This document shows, piece by piece, positions 34,639-43,192 of a DNA stretch of 64,000 nt. The DNA lies in IMG/VR virus record IMGVR_UViG_3300034012_003212, positions 196,659 through 260,658 of that record. One strand, written 5' to 3'. Position numbers and translations under genes: made by a program. Below the pieces are notes generated by a model that saw only the letters and a list, made by a program, of their open reading frames with translations, was not told where the DNA came from and made no database searches. The first letter of the stretch is position 1, and the number at the start of each line of letters is the position of its first letter.

Positions 34639-36879
34639 CTATATATTTCTATCCAATTCATTCATGACCCATTCGAGAAGAACTGGTATCTCATTTATCT
34701 TCGGGGATTCGCTCTTTAGATTGGCTACAACTTTTATATTTTTCCATGCGTTCACTGTTTCGGTGTCCATCACTCCGTTTGGAACAACACTAGAAACTCC
34801 TTCTAACAGAATCTCCGCCTGTTGAAGAAGAGACTGCAATCTTGTTACATTTTCATGTGAAACGTTCTCAATTCCTTCATTGGCTTTCTTTGGAATTAGC
34901 ATTGAACAAGTTTCATTCATCATGCACAGTGCCATTATATCTCGCATGACAGAAAAATAGTGCCCATTAGTTCCGTACTTATCTATGAGGGATCCTTTTT
35001 CAGGAGAGCGCCCTTTGATAGTGCTTGTCACCTCATCAACGTAATCACCAAAAATAGAATTAAGTATTTTTGATTGTCCTATTTTTTCATATCCAGAAGG
35101 GGTTCCTGCGATAAACGACATCGCCTTGATACAGTTGCCCAATTGGCCACTTCCAAATAAAGAGGCTGATAGGTATTTTCCTGACTGAAATGGACTGTTG
35201 CTCGATGGAATAGAAGCAAGGCACGTGAACAACCAATCGCACCATAGTGCAAAATCACTAGCAGAACTTTTATTAGACTGGATTGTCTGCATTTCTTCAT
35301 TGAATTTTTCGAGGTTCTTTAGCTGTACGTCCTTTCCCTCATCCGACTGCATAAAACGATAAACATCAGTCTTTACTCTTCCTGATTCAACTGTGTTTTT
35401 AAATGATGAAAACATACCACAGAACACGGAAGCGCCGTTTAATGCAGCTGCAGCATCCCCGGAATCACCGCGGAGGTTTTCGGTGTAGAATAGATTCTTA
35501 ACGCCCTTGTCCGATAAAGACAATTTATGGTTACCGAAACGAATAGGTGAACCATTTTCATAAAAATCAGACAGTCCTTCCTTTCCTTTTTCTGATACTT
35601 TAACAAAAACACTGTACAGATCCTTTGATTTGTTCAGCTCAGTCAACATGGAAAACATCCCATCTTGGTTGCTGATCAAACTATCCCGATAGTATGAAAA
35701 GTATGTTATAGGCTTACTTATGAACGCATCTTGTGTGTTTGCCGCTATATCTGCGATTGTTTTTTCTGTCCCCGATTCTGAATATTTAACATCAGTCGGG
35801 AGAGCTTCCTGTTTGAACCCTGGTATGCTATCCGAAGATGTGGTCGTGCTGAATGAATTAAGGTCTATGTATTTGTTTATACTATCACTAACGCCAGCTG
35901 TAGCGCTTCCTCTAGCGTTTGATGCTACATTCTCAGGAGTCTCTCCTTTTGAGAAAAATTCACGCCTCATCCATTCGCCAACCGCAAACAGAAAAATACT
36001 AGCTGTTACCCATTTAGACACTTTGTATAACTTCTTCGCCTTTGCCAATACATTAAGATTCTTCTTAGGACCTTTCACGTCGCCAGAAGATTCAATGGAA
36101 TCTGTTGCATCATTCTGAAGCTCCTTGCCTGCATCATCCACCAATCCTTCGGCCTTTTTGTTTAGCTCGTCTCTTAGTTCACTTCTTGAACTTGTTCCCA
36201 TGCTAGATGCGTCACTTATAGCATTGTCCACATTCTGTAATATCTCCTGGGGCTCATCATTTTTCAATGAATTGACTATATCAGCAACAACTTCATCTGC
36301 TGGTTTTACTGCTTTTGACGCTTTAGCTGAAAGCTTACCTACATTCTTCTTCCATCTGTTTCCATCCTTTATCAAACCGTTCACGGCTGATATCTCAGTG
36401 TCATAATCCTTGAGTTTGCTCGAGGCTGCTATCAAATAATCATCCATCGAATTCTTCGCCTTCAAGAGAGCGTTCTTCGTCTCTCCTTTAGGCCAATCGA
36501 TAAAATCAGTGAAGTCCTCTATTCTTTTATGTGTATCCTGTAATTTTTCTACCTGTTTTCCGAATTTTTCAAAATTCTTTATGGCATCATCCAACTCCTG
36601 TTTACTCATGGTGTTGTATGCCTTTTTGAAATCATCGACGAGGTCATTCGCATTTTTCTTCAGATTGATGCGAACCTCCAACGGGAGTTCTTTGAATTCT
36701 TTCTGCGACAATTTCTCGAATGCTTCTCGTATCTCTGGGGTGAAATTCTTCCATTCCTTTTCAGTGAATTTGAAGAGGTTGGAAACATACTTAGGTATGT
36801 TTTTTAATAACCCTGAGCCAGTGGCTTCATCTATAGATTGGTTTTTATTTTCTTCCCACTGATTAAAATTCTTTATCAT
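34639..36879 (-). CDS. Putative virion internal/ejection protein (coiled coil plus hydrophobic helix)
   Basis: 746 aa; MIKNFNQWEE leader; helical N-terminal half; VSKWVTASIFLFAVGEW. Confidence 0.55.
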   Translation of the reverse strand: MIKNFNQWEENKNQSIDEATGSGLLKNIPKYVSNLFKFTEKEWKNFTPEIREAFEKLSQKEFKELPLEVRINLKKNANDLVDDFKKAYNTMSKQELDDAIKNFEKFGKQVEKLQDTHKRIEDFTDFIDWPKGETKNALLKAKNSMDDYLIAASSKLKDYDTEISAVNGLIKDGNRWKKNVGKLSAKASKAVKPADEVVADIVNSLKNDEPQEILQNVDNAISDASSMGTSSRSELRDELNKKAEGLVDDAGKELQNDATDSIESSGDVKGPKKNLNVLAKAKKLYKVSKWVTASIFLFAVGEWMRREFFSKGETPENVASNARGSATAGVSDSINKYIDLNSFSTTTSSDSIPGFKQEALPTDVKYSESGTEKTIADIAANTQDAFISKPITYFSYYRDSLISNQDGMFSMLTELNKSKDLYSVFVKVSEKGKEGLSDFYENGSPIRFGNHKLSLSDKGVKNLFYTENLRGDSGDAAAALNGASVFCGMFSSFKNTVESGRVKTDVYRFMQSDEGKDVQLKNLEKFNEEMQTIQSNKSSASDFALWCDWLFTCLASIPSSNSPFQSGKYLSASLFGSGQLGNCIKAMSFIAGTPSGYEKIGQSKILNSIFGDYVDEVTSTIKGRSPEKGSLIDKYGTNGHYFSVMRDIMALCMMNETCSMLIPKKANEGIENVSHENVTRLQSLLQQAEILLEGVSSVVPNGVMDTETVNAWKNIKVVANLKSESPKINEIPVLLEWVMNELDRNI

Positions 36880-36891
36880 GACAGATTTATT

Positions 36892-39225
36892 TTACTTTTT
36901 AGATGGAGCACCTTTCTTTGACTGCTTTTCATTACCAGCAACCGGTTTATCCAAATTTTGTGAAATAGAAGAGCCCTTTAATTTTTTGGACAAAACTGAT
37001 TCCAACTCATCCTTTAGACTCGAAACGAGTTCTTTCCATTCACCCTCCTCAATGTCCTGCTTTCCGTTCGCATCCTCGATTCGATTCGTCAACTCCTCGT
37101 TGCGTATCATTTTATGAGAATTATTGATGAACGCCCTCAAACCGTACTTTAATGTCTCCAGCAAAAACGGGGTTACGAGTTCTCCGAAGTTCATTAGTCT
37201 GTAAGACTCCTTGAGCTTCGGGTCTTTGGAAACATTTATGATATACCAAGACAAAACATTATCGTATTTTTTATACATCTCTTGTATTGTAGCTGCGTCA
37301 TTGTGTATAGATTCTCCTGATGGAGAGAACACTATCTTTCCGTGACATAGTATACACGCAAAGGACTTACCTTGCTTCTGTATGTAGTTTATCCAATCGG
37401 CTGTGTTCTTGATCTCAACGGTGTTATCACCAACTGTGATGACGATCTTCTTCTGATCGCCTTCCAGCTTGTTTATCACTTCTTTTTCCGGAAACCATTT
37501 CTGCACAACTCCGTCCATAACAGCCGACTTCAATTCTCCCATGGCGGTCCATACTGACTTTCCATTTTTGATCACGTCATACACAGGTTTTGCCAGATTA
37601 TATGCAAGTCCTATTGTTACGTCATTTCCAAATTCCAACGTCTTCAGGAGCGCATCTTTAGCCCCGAGTTCTGATACTGTATTTGTGGAAGATTTTACGT
37701 CGTATGAAGCAACATTTCTTGCAGCATACTTTATCGGCATGCTGAGATCAACACCAGAAGAACTCTTCAATTCTGATTCAGGCTCCGTCGTGGGTTCAAA
37801 AAACCACGAATTTAATTTCTCGACAGTTTTTCCAACATCTGAAGTCCCGAATATGTCCATGAACCCTGTGAGGTTGAGTATGTTAACTATGGTTTTTTTA
37901 TCGTTTGAACTAAGATCATCATAGCTCTGGGCGAATGCGTTCGATTCCTTGTCGGTTAACATTACAGAACCTTTGAAGTTTTCAATACTCATCTGAGTGA
38001 AGTAATTGACCTTCTTGGACATTCTTTCCATCATGTCGTTGAGATCATACACGATGTTCTTTATCTCCTGTATGTTAGGATTATCCGATGTTTTTAGCGT
38101 TTCGTAGAACGCCATGTTGTTTATAAAATGTAATCCGCCATCCTTTTCGTTTGAATCAAGAAACTGAGTGTATTTCCTGGTCTTGATGTCGACCGCCTTT
38201 GCAGCCTTTCCGATGCTCTCATCTATTTCAGCAAGGGATTTTATCGCAAGTATGATCTTCACAAACGGTTTCCATTTCGATCCAATAAGCCATGACATGC
38301 CAAAAGACTCTAACATGGAATCATCGATTCCTTCTGCAAGTTCATTTAGTATATCATCTGCTATTGGCGAGGATTTTGAAAGGAACGATGGAACAGGAAA
38401 AAGATCATACTTCTTGGAATTTTCTCCTGAGAATTTTTCAACGTCGAAATCAAACGTTCCATCTTCTTTAATAAACTGTGAAAAGAGTCCAACAGACAAT
38501 GCTTGTTGGTTCTTGAGCTCATCTGATTGGGCTGCTATTTTCAGCGAATCGAACACTGCGTCGACTGCTTTTGCAATATCTGAATCCGCTTTTTCAGCAT
38601 CAAATTCAACAGTGAACCTGCTGCTTATAGGATATTCGGTGAACATGCTTATGTTCTTGTTCGCAAACGCCTCGATGAAATCACGCCTGGACTCTTTAGT
38701 AGATACCACATCAGAGGCTCGCTGGTCAACGAGGAACATCTTCATGCATGATTTGTAGATATTCTTGAGGCCCTCAATGATGTCTTCCTGTGCTGATTCG
38801 TTCCTTCTTAGTATCTTCTTTGCATTTTCGATTCCTTTGGAATTCTTTACTCTAAGGTCAATTTGCGAAGAAAGAGCCTTTATGAAAACCTGGTAGTATA
38901 TGTAGATGAAAAATGTTTCAACATACTCATCATAATATAGCTCTCCTTTTGACTTTCCGTCTTTTACGTAACTCTTTTCACCGAATGCTTGAATTTTTTT
39001 AGCATTGTCCAATCCAATTCCAAAAGGACTCGTCGGACCCGTGCTAAAAAGATCCTTGAATTTACCGTATGAAAAATTGCTATCATTGAAGAATCTTTCG
39101 ATCTTACTGTACATGTCCTGAATGGAATCAGCTTTCACGAAAGACGAGAGCTTTTCTGGTTTTGCGTTATCCCCTTTTCTGGTTATATCGCGATCGATCG
39201 TTTCGAGTAAATGTTGAATTTTCAT
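36892..39225 (-). CDS. Large hypothetical protein downstream of portal (putative virion protein)
   Basis: 777 aa ORF; MKIQHLLE leader. Confidence 0.6.
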   Translation of the reverse strand: MKIQHLLETIDRDITRKGDNAKPEKLSSFVKADSIQDMYSKIERFFNDSNFSYGKFKDLFSTGPTSPFGIGLDNAKKIQAFGEKSYVKDGKSKGELYYDEYVETFFIYIYYQVFIKALSSQIDLRVKNSKGIENAKKILRRNESAQEDIIEGLKNIYKSCMKMFLVDQRASDVVSTKESRRDFIEAFANKNISMFTEYPISSRFTVEFDAEKADSDIAKAVDAVFDSLKIAAQSDELKNQQALSVGLFSQFIKEDGTFDFDVEKFSGENSKKYDLFPVPSFLSKSSPIADDILNELAEGIDDSMLESFGMSWLIGSKWKPFVKIILAIKSLAEIDESIGKAAKAVDIKTRKYTQFLDSNEKDGGLHFINNMAFYETLKTSDNPNIQEIKNIVYDLNDMMERMSKKVNYFTQMSIENFKGSVMLTDKESNAFAQSYDDLSSNDKKTIVNILNLTGFMDIFGTSDVGKTVEKLNSWFFEPTTEPESELKSSSGVDLSMPIKYAARNVASYDVKSSTNTVSELGAKDALLKTLEFGNDVTIGLAYNLAKPVYDVIKNGKSVWTAMGELKSAVMDGVVQKWFPEKEVINKLEGDQKKIVITVGDNTVEIKNTADWINYIQKQGKSFACILCHGKIVFSPSGESIHNDAATIQEMYKKYDNVLSWYIINVSKDPKLKESYRLMNFGELVTPFLLETLKYGLRAFINNSHKMIRNEELTNRIEDANGKQDIEEGEWKELVSSLKDELESVLSKKLKGSSISQNLDKPVAGNEKQSKKGAPSKK

Positions 39226-39265
39226 CTATTATTGGTCTTGTTGTTTTCGTGCAACATGAATATCA

Positions 39266-40960
39266 CTATTCGGCTGCTTCTTCCTCGGTTGCTCCACCTT
39301 CTTGCGGGCTCTCTTCAGGTGTCTCTGTTTCCTCTGGTGCCTCTTCGGTTTCGGGTTCGGATGTAACTTCTTCTGAAGCTGATACTGTTTCGCTGGATTC
39401 TTCTGTTCCTTCTGACTGAGATTCTTCCGATTCCGCCGTAGCTTTCTCAAGCAGGGACTTATTCTCTTTCAGCTCAGTCTCTGTGAAGTCCAGGAATTGT
39501 TCCACAAGCCAATCAACAGAGAAGAACGCTTTGTCGTTCTGATCCTTGAAGTCTCTGAGTTTTGTGATGTGGTCTATCTCCTTCTGGAGTATCTCCATCT
39601 TCTTCGCTTTTTCGAAGAGGTTATCGCTGTTGAACTTTATTCCTATGCTACTCTTGAGGATGATGTCATCCTTTAATTCAGGGTACTTTAGAAGGAACAT
39701 TGTCCATACAGGCTTCCATATTATCTCCTGGAATCCAGATCTCAGACGGTTTATGAACTTGGCAAATCGTATCTCGTCTCTCTCGGCACCATCCGCGTTA
39801 AACGTTATTGTGCCGCTACCACCATCTTGATTGAACCGGCTGAATGGTACGTTAGATTCCTGTCTCATCTTGTCCCTGAAGTACTTCAGCGCGTCCATGT
39901 TTGAAAGATCAGGACCACCATTTTCAACGGCATCTATCGACACCTGTTCTCCGCCTTTGTTTGGGAATATGTAGTTCTTGTAGAATGGAATGTTCGGCCT
40001 TCCTTGAACAGAAAGCTCACCACTATCGTTATCGAGGTACAGGTCTTCCCTGTATATCGCGGCGAACTGACTGAGGCTTTGAACCCATCTCTGAGGACTC
40101 TTTGTGCCCACCGGAACAACCATCTTCATTCGCCACTGGGAGTTCATTATGTTCCATATCACTCTCGAGTTCTCGAGAACTCGCAGAAGGTTGAAACTCC
40201 TTACAAGTGGTTCTATGTACGATATAGGACCCACTCCAGTTCTGGCGTAGGATATGTATATGATCTGTGAATCGTACAGCATTCTCTCCTGCGAGAGGTT
40301 TCCTGCATATTGGACCCACACCTTCTTCTTTTGGCCGCCTTCGTCTATTATATCGGGCCTAAGACTCGATGGGTCAAGTTCCTTAAAGCCTATGATCTTT
40401 TTACCCATTTGATCGAATACCATCTCGAATGCGAGGGCTCCTTCTATCAGGAACTGACGGAAGAATGCGAAAGCCTGGTGATCTTCATTGAAACGAAACG
40501 CAGCATATACGTGATTGAATATTTCTTCAAGGTTAGATTTTATCTCTTCTGCCTTATCATCGCTGACGACGCTGGTTATTCCTTTGGTGTCTATATAGCA
40601 GAACCTGTTCTTGTTGTCGTAAACGATGCTCTCGTCTGCTATGATATTGATGATAAAGTTCACTTCTCCGTTACGGCTGAACTTCCTGAGCATTTCTCGC
40701 TTTCCGATGTAGTCCTTATCGAAATACGTGACATACTTTTTAGGCCCGATGTCCTGCATCGCAAGCGCGTACTGGAGTTCAGTCTGTGTGAGCAGATCCG
40801 CCCCGGCAACACTAGCTAAGGTCGATTCAGTGGATCCTATCGCCATGGATTGCTTTACCACCATGTCATCATAGGACATTCCGAGATTCGAGATCTTTCT
40901 CAGTGTCGTTGCAAGTCGGGCGACGACGCCACTCTGTTTTCTATCAAAAAATCCTGCCAT
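39266..40960 (-). CDS. gp20: Portal vertex protein, T4 gp20-like
   Basis: SYIEPLVRSFNLLRVLENSRVIW, LKYFRDKMRQESNVPFSRF and RDEIRFAKFINRLR match gp20 conserved blocks; acidic tail. Confidence 0.93.
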   Translation of the reverse strand: MAGFFDRKQSGVVARLATTLRKISNLGMSYDDMVVKQSMAIGSTESTLASVAGADLLTQTELQYALAMQDIGPKKYVTYFDKDYIGKREMLRKFSRNGEVNFIINIIADESIVYDNKNRFCYIDTKGITSVVSDDKAEEIKSNLEEIFNHVYAAFRFNEDHQAFAFFRQFLIEGALAFEMVFDQMGKKIIGFKELDPSSLRPDIIDEGGQKKKVWVQYAGNLSQERMLYDSQIIYISYARTGVGPISYIEPLVRSFNLLRVLENSRVIWNIMNSQWRMKMVVPVGTKSPQRWVQSLSQFAAIYREDLYLDNDSGELSVQGRPNIPFYKNYIFPNKGGEQVSIDAVENGGPDLSNMDALKYFRDKMRQESNVPFSRFNQDGGSGTITFNADGAERDEIRFAKFINRLRSGFQEIIWKPVWTMFLLKYPELKDDIILKSSIGIKFNSDNLFEKAKKMEILQKEIDHITKLRDFKDQNDKAFFSVDWLVEQFLDFTETELKENKSLLEKATAESEESQSEGTEESSETVSASEEVTSEPETEEAPEETETPEESPQEGGATEEEAAE

Positions 40961-40983
40961 CTATTCTCCTAGTTTTGGTGCTG

Positions 40984-40991
40984 TATATATC
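40984..40991 (-). promoter_or_regulatory. GATATATA putative late promoter upstream of portal
   Basis: Exact octamer 23 bp before the portal ATG. Confidence 0.6.
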
Positions 40992-41030
40992 TTTTTGAGC
41001 GCAGTTGAAAATGAAAAAATCCAATTAACG

Positions 41031-41639
41031 CTAAAAATCGCAATGGATCAAGTGCTTCCAGTGTCTGTAGTCTATGCATCTCAGGGTGTTCCTGAGTATC
41101 AGACGATTGTCATATTTCCTTATCCTAGGGTTAATGTTCGCTGAACCGAATAGGAATTTTCTGGTGCCTTCCTCATGCAGAGGCAATGCCCTCTGTTCTG
41201 GTACATTTTTGTGCAAAAATTCCATATTTTCTTGCAGTATGAACCCGAACATCGTTAAAATTGCTTTAAACAATCTGGCGCGTTCTCCTGGATCGATGCT
41301 CTTTATTTCAAACCCGTAATCAGTAAAAACATCATTGACGGCGAGTCCGTTCATGACACAGAAGATTGTATGCCTCGTGGCCTTATTATCCTTCTGTGAA
41401 ACGAACGTGTATATTTTACCTGGAACCATTCCAAGCCCTGATGATATCATCATGTCATCGGTTGTGTCCTTGAATGAATCCCGCCAGGATACATAATATT
41501 TGTTGGATATAAAATCCAATGCATCTTTCGATGATATGATATCGTCCCCGAGAATTGAAGGCCCTCTTCGGTACACATCATCGATGTTTCCTATTATGTT
41601 CGATGGTTCTATCATAGGCCAAGATTCTCCTCTGTCCAA
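41031..41639 (-). CDS. DNA end-protector protein, T4 gp2-like (tentative)
   Basis: MVPGKIYTF and FEIKSIDPGERARLF resemble gp2 motifs; adjacent to gp4-like gene as in T4. Confidence 0.55.
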   Translation of the reverse strand: MDRGESWPMIEPSNIIGNIDDVYRRGPSILGDDIISSKDALDFISNKYYVSWRDSFKDTTDDMMISSGLGMVPGKIYTFVSQKDNKATRHTIFCVMNGLAVNDVFTDYGFEIKSIDPGERARLFKAILTMFGFILQENMEFLHKNVPEQRALPLHEEGTRKFLFGSANINPRIRKYDNRLILRNTLRCIDYRHWKHLIHCDF

Positions 41640-42094
41640 ACTTTAAATTCAAACCCTATAGACTTTGCATACAATTCTGCTGCCTCCCACTTGGCCCTAT
41701 TTGTTACGTATGTCTCCAGATGTTGTCTGTATCTTTCCATGGTCTTGAAAGAACCTGGATTCTTCATCTCAAACAGAGTCTGGTTTTTAGGTTTTATCTC
41801 GACGAGAAAATTCTTGATGGTCCCATCCGGATCTGAGAACTTATAGTAAAAATCAACAAAGTAACGATGCGTCTTCCCATCGATCGGGGAAACGTATGGT
41901 ATTGCTATGGGCTCACTCGACCAGGATATTACAGATTCGTTCGTATCACACATTATCATAAAGATCCTCTCCCAGGAGGAACGATATATTATGTTTGATA
42001 TATTCCCAGTGTATTTATGGGGGTTCGACGGAATGAAATATCCCTGCTTGAATGTTGAGTTTGGATTTGGTGCAAGTTCTTTTATGCTTTTCAT
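41612..42094 (-). CDS. gp4: Head completion nuclease, T4 gp4-like (TnsA-type PD-(D/E)xK)
   Basis: QGYFIPSNPHKYTG, YRSSWE, WSSEPIAIPY, RYFVDF, LVEIKP. Confidence 0.92.
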   Translation of the reverse strand: MKSIKELAPNPNSTFKQGYFIPSNPHKYTGNISNIIYRSSWERIFMIMCDTNESVISWSSEPIAIPYVSPIDGKTHRYFVDFYYKFSDPDGTIKNFLVEIKPKNQTLFEMKNPGSFKTMERYRQHLETYVTNRAKWEAAELYAKSIGFEFKVWTEENLGL

Positions 42095-42145
42095 GATCTA
42101 GTGAATATATAAAAAGCATCACACAATAAACTTGAAAGGAAGAGA

Positions 42146-42427
42146 ATGAAGGATGCTTTACGCATGCTTAACAGCGAAACACCTGGGTTTGGTGAGAGAA
42201 AAGAAAAAACCCATTCAACGTACAGAATGGATGACCAGGTTAGAGAAATGGCAGATCTTGTTATCGTCATTCGTTCATTGATGTTTGGAAATCGTGCAGA
42301 AACTTACACGAAACTGTACGCGAACCTAGTAAAAGAAGAACTATACCGACTAAAGAACCATGAACGGTTCGCAGAGGTGATAGAATCCACCATAAATAAA
42401 GATAACGAGAATAAGGAAAGTAACTAG
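42146..42427 (+). CDS. Hypothetical protein
   Basis: 93 aa; GAAGGAAG SD-like sequence and GAATATATA motif upstream. Confidence 0.6.
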   Translation: MKDALRMLNSETPGFGERKEKTHSTYRMDDQVREMADLVIVIRSLMFGNRAETYTKLYANLVKEELYRLKNHERFAEVIESTINKDNENKESN

Positions 42428-42774
42428 ATGTTACTAATACCATCCGACTCGTTTATGTTTATGATGCGAATGTTTTGCGTCTTTCCATGGAGCTTCTTCC
42501 AGCCTTTAGCAAGACCATTCTTTGCTATTTGTGTATAATACGCAAATGCGTTGCTTGACATGTTAGGATCGAACCCCCTCCAATATCGAAGAAGATCCTC
42601 GATTGCAAATGCTATGCAATCCTTTCTATCCTCTTCATATTTGAACTTCAGCGCCTTTGATAGCTCATTTGGTATTACTATGAGCATCTCTAATGCTAAC
42701 GGTGTTAATTCCCCATCCCTTTTTGAGATTATTATCTCTTGGAATAATTTCTTTTGATCTATGTATTTTGCCAT
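42424..42774 (-). CDS. gp55: Late-transcription sigma factor, T4 gp55-like
   Basis: FDPNMSSNAFAYYTQIAKN matches the gp55 region-2 motif (FDP...NxFAYxTQ). Confidence 0.82.
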   Translation of the reverse strand: MAKYIDQKKLFQEIIISKRDGELTPLALEMLIVIPNELSKALKFKYEEDRKDCIAFAIEDLLRYWRGFDPNMSSNAFAYYTQIAKNGLAKGWKKLHGKTQNIRIININESDGISNI

Positions 42775-42808
42775 AACAAATTATATCATTTTAAGTATAG
42801 TTTGTTAA

Positions 42809-43078
42809 CTATTCAGATATTGTCTTTATTATCGAGGCAAGTTCATAGTATAGTGTGTTCAACCTATCTGTTTCTATCTCCATCCTGTCTAAATCCTGAG
42901 TGATGAGTCCTATGGAATGCAGTATCTCTTTTAATTGATCAACTGACGTCAATAGATCGAGCTTTTTACTTTCCCGTTCTTGGGTCTCCTTCGCCTTCAT
43001 CATAACTCCCTGATAGTCAACATCATCGTAATTAAGTTGACCTTCAAGAAACATGTCGATTGATGTTATGTTTTTCAT
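42809..43078 (-). CDS. Small coiled-coil hypothetical protein
   Basis: 89 aa; MKNITSIDMFLE leader like the other putative virion proteins. Confidence 0.65.
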   Translation of the reverse strand: MKNITSIDMFLEGQLNYDDVDYQGVMMKAKETQERESKKLDLLTSVDQLKEILHSIGLITQDLDRMEIETDRLNTLYYELASIIKTISE

Positions 43079-43131
43079 AAGCAGTGTATGTAATTTTAAA
43101 GGGGACTTTTAAGAAGTAATCATTTCCATAT

Positions 43132-43165
43132 AAAAAACCCCCTACACTGAGAAGTTATAGGGGGT
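43132..43165 (-). terminator. Rho-independent terminator
   Basis: Minus strand ACCCCCTATA-9nt-TGTAGGGGGT followed by T-run, just after the stop of 43193..45688. Confidence 0.8.
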
Positions 43166-43192
43166 GTAGATTAATTACTCATTCAGTCAGAG

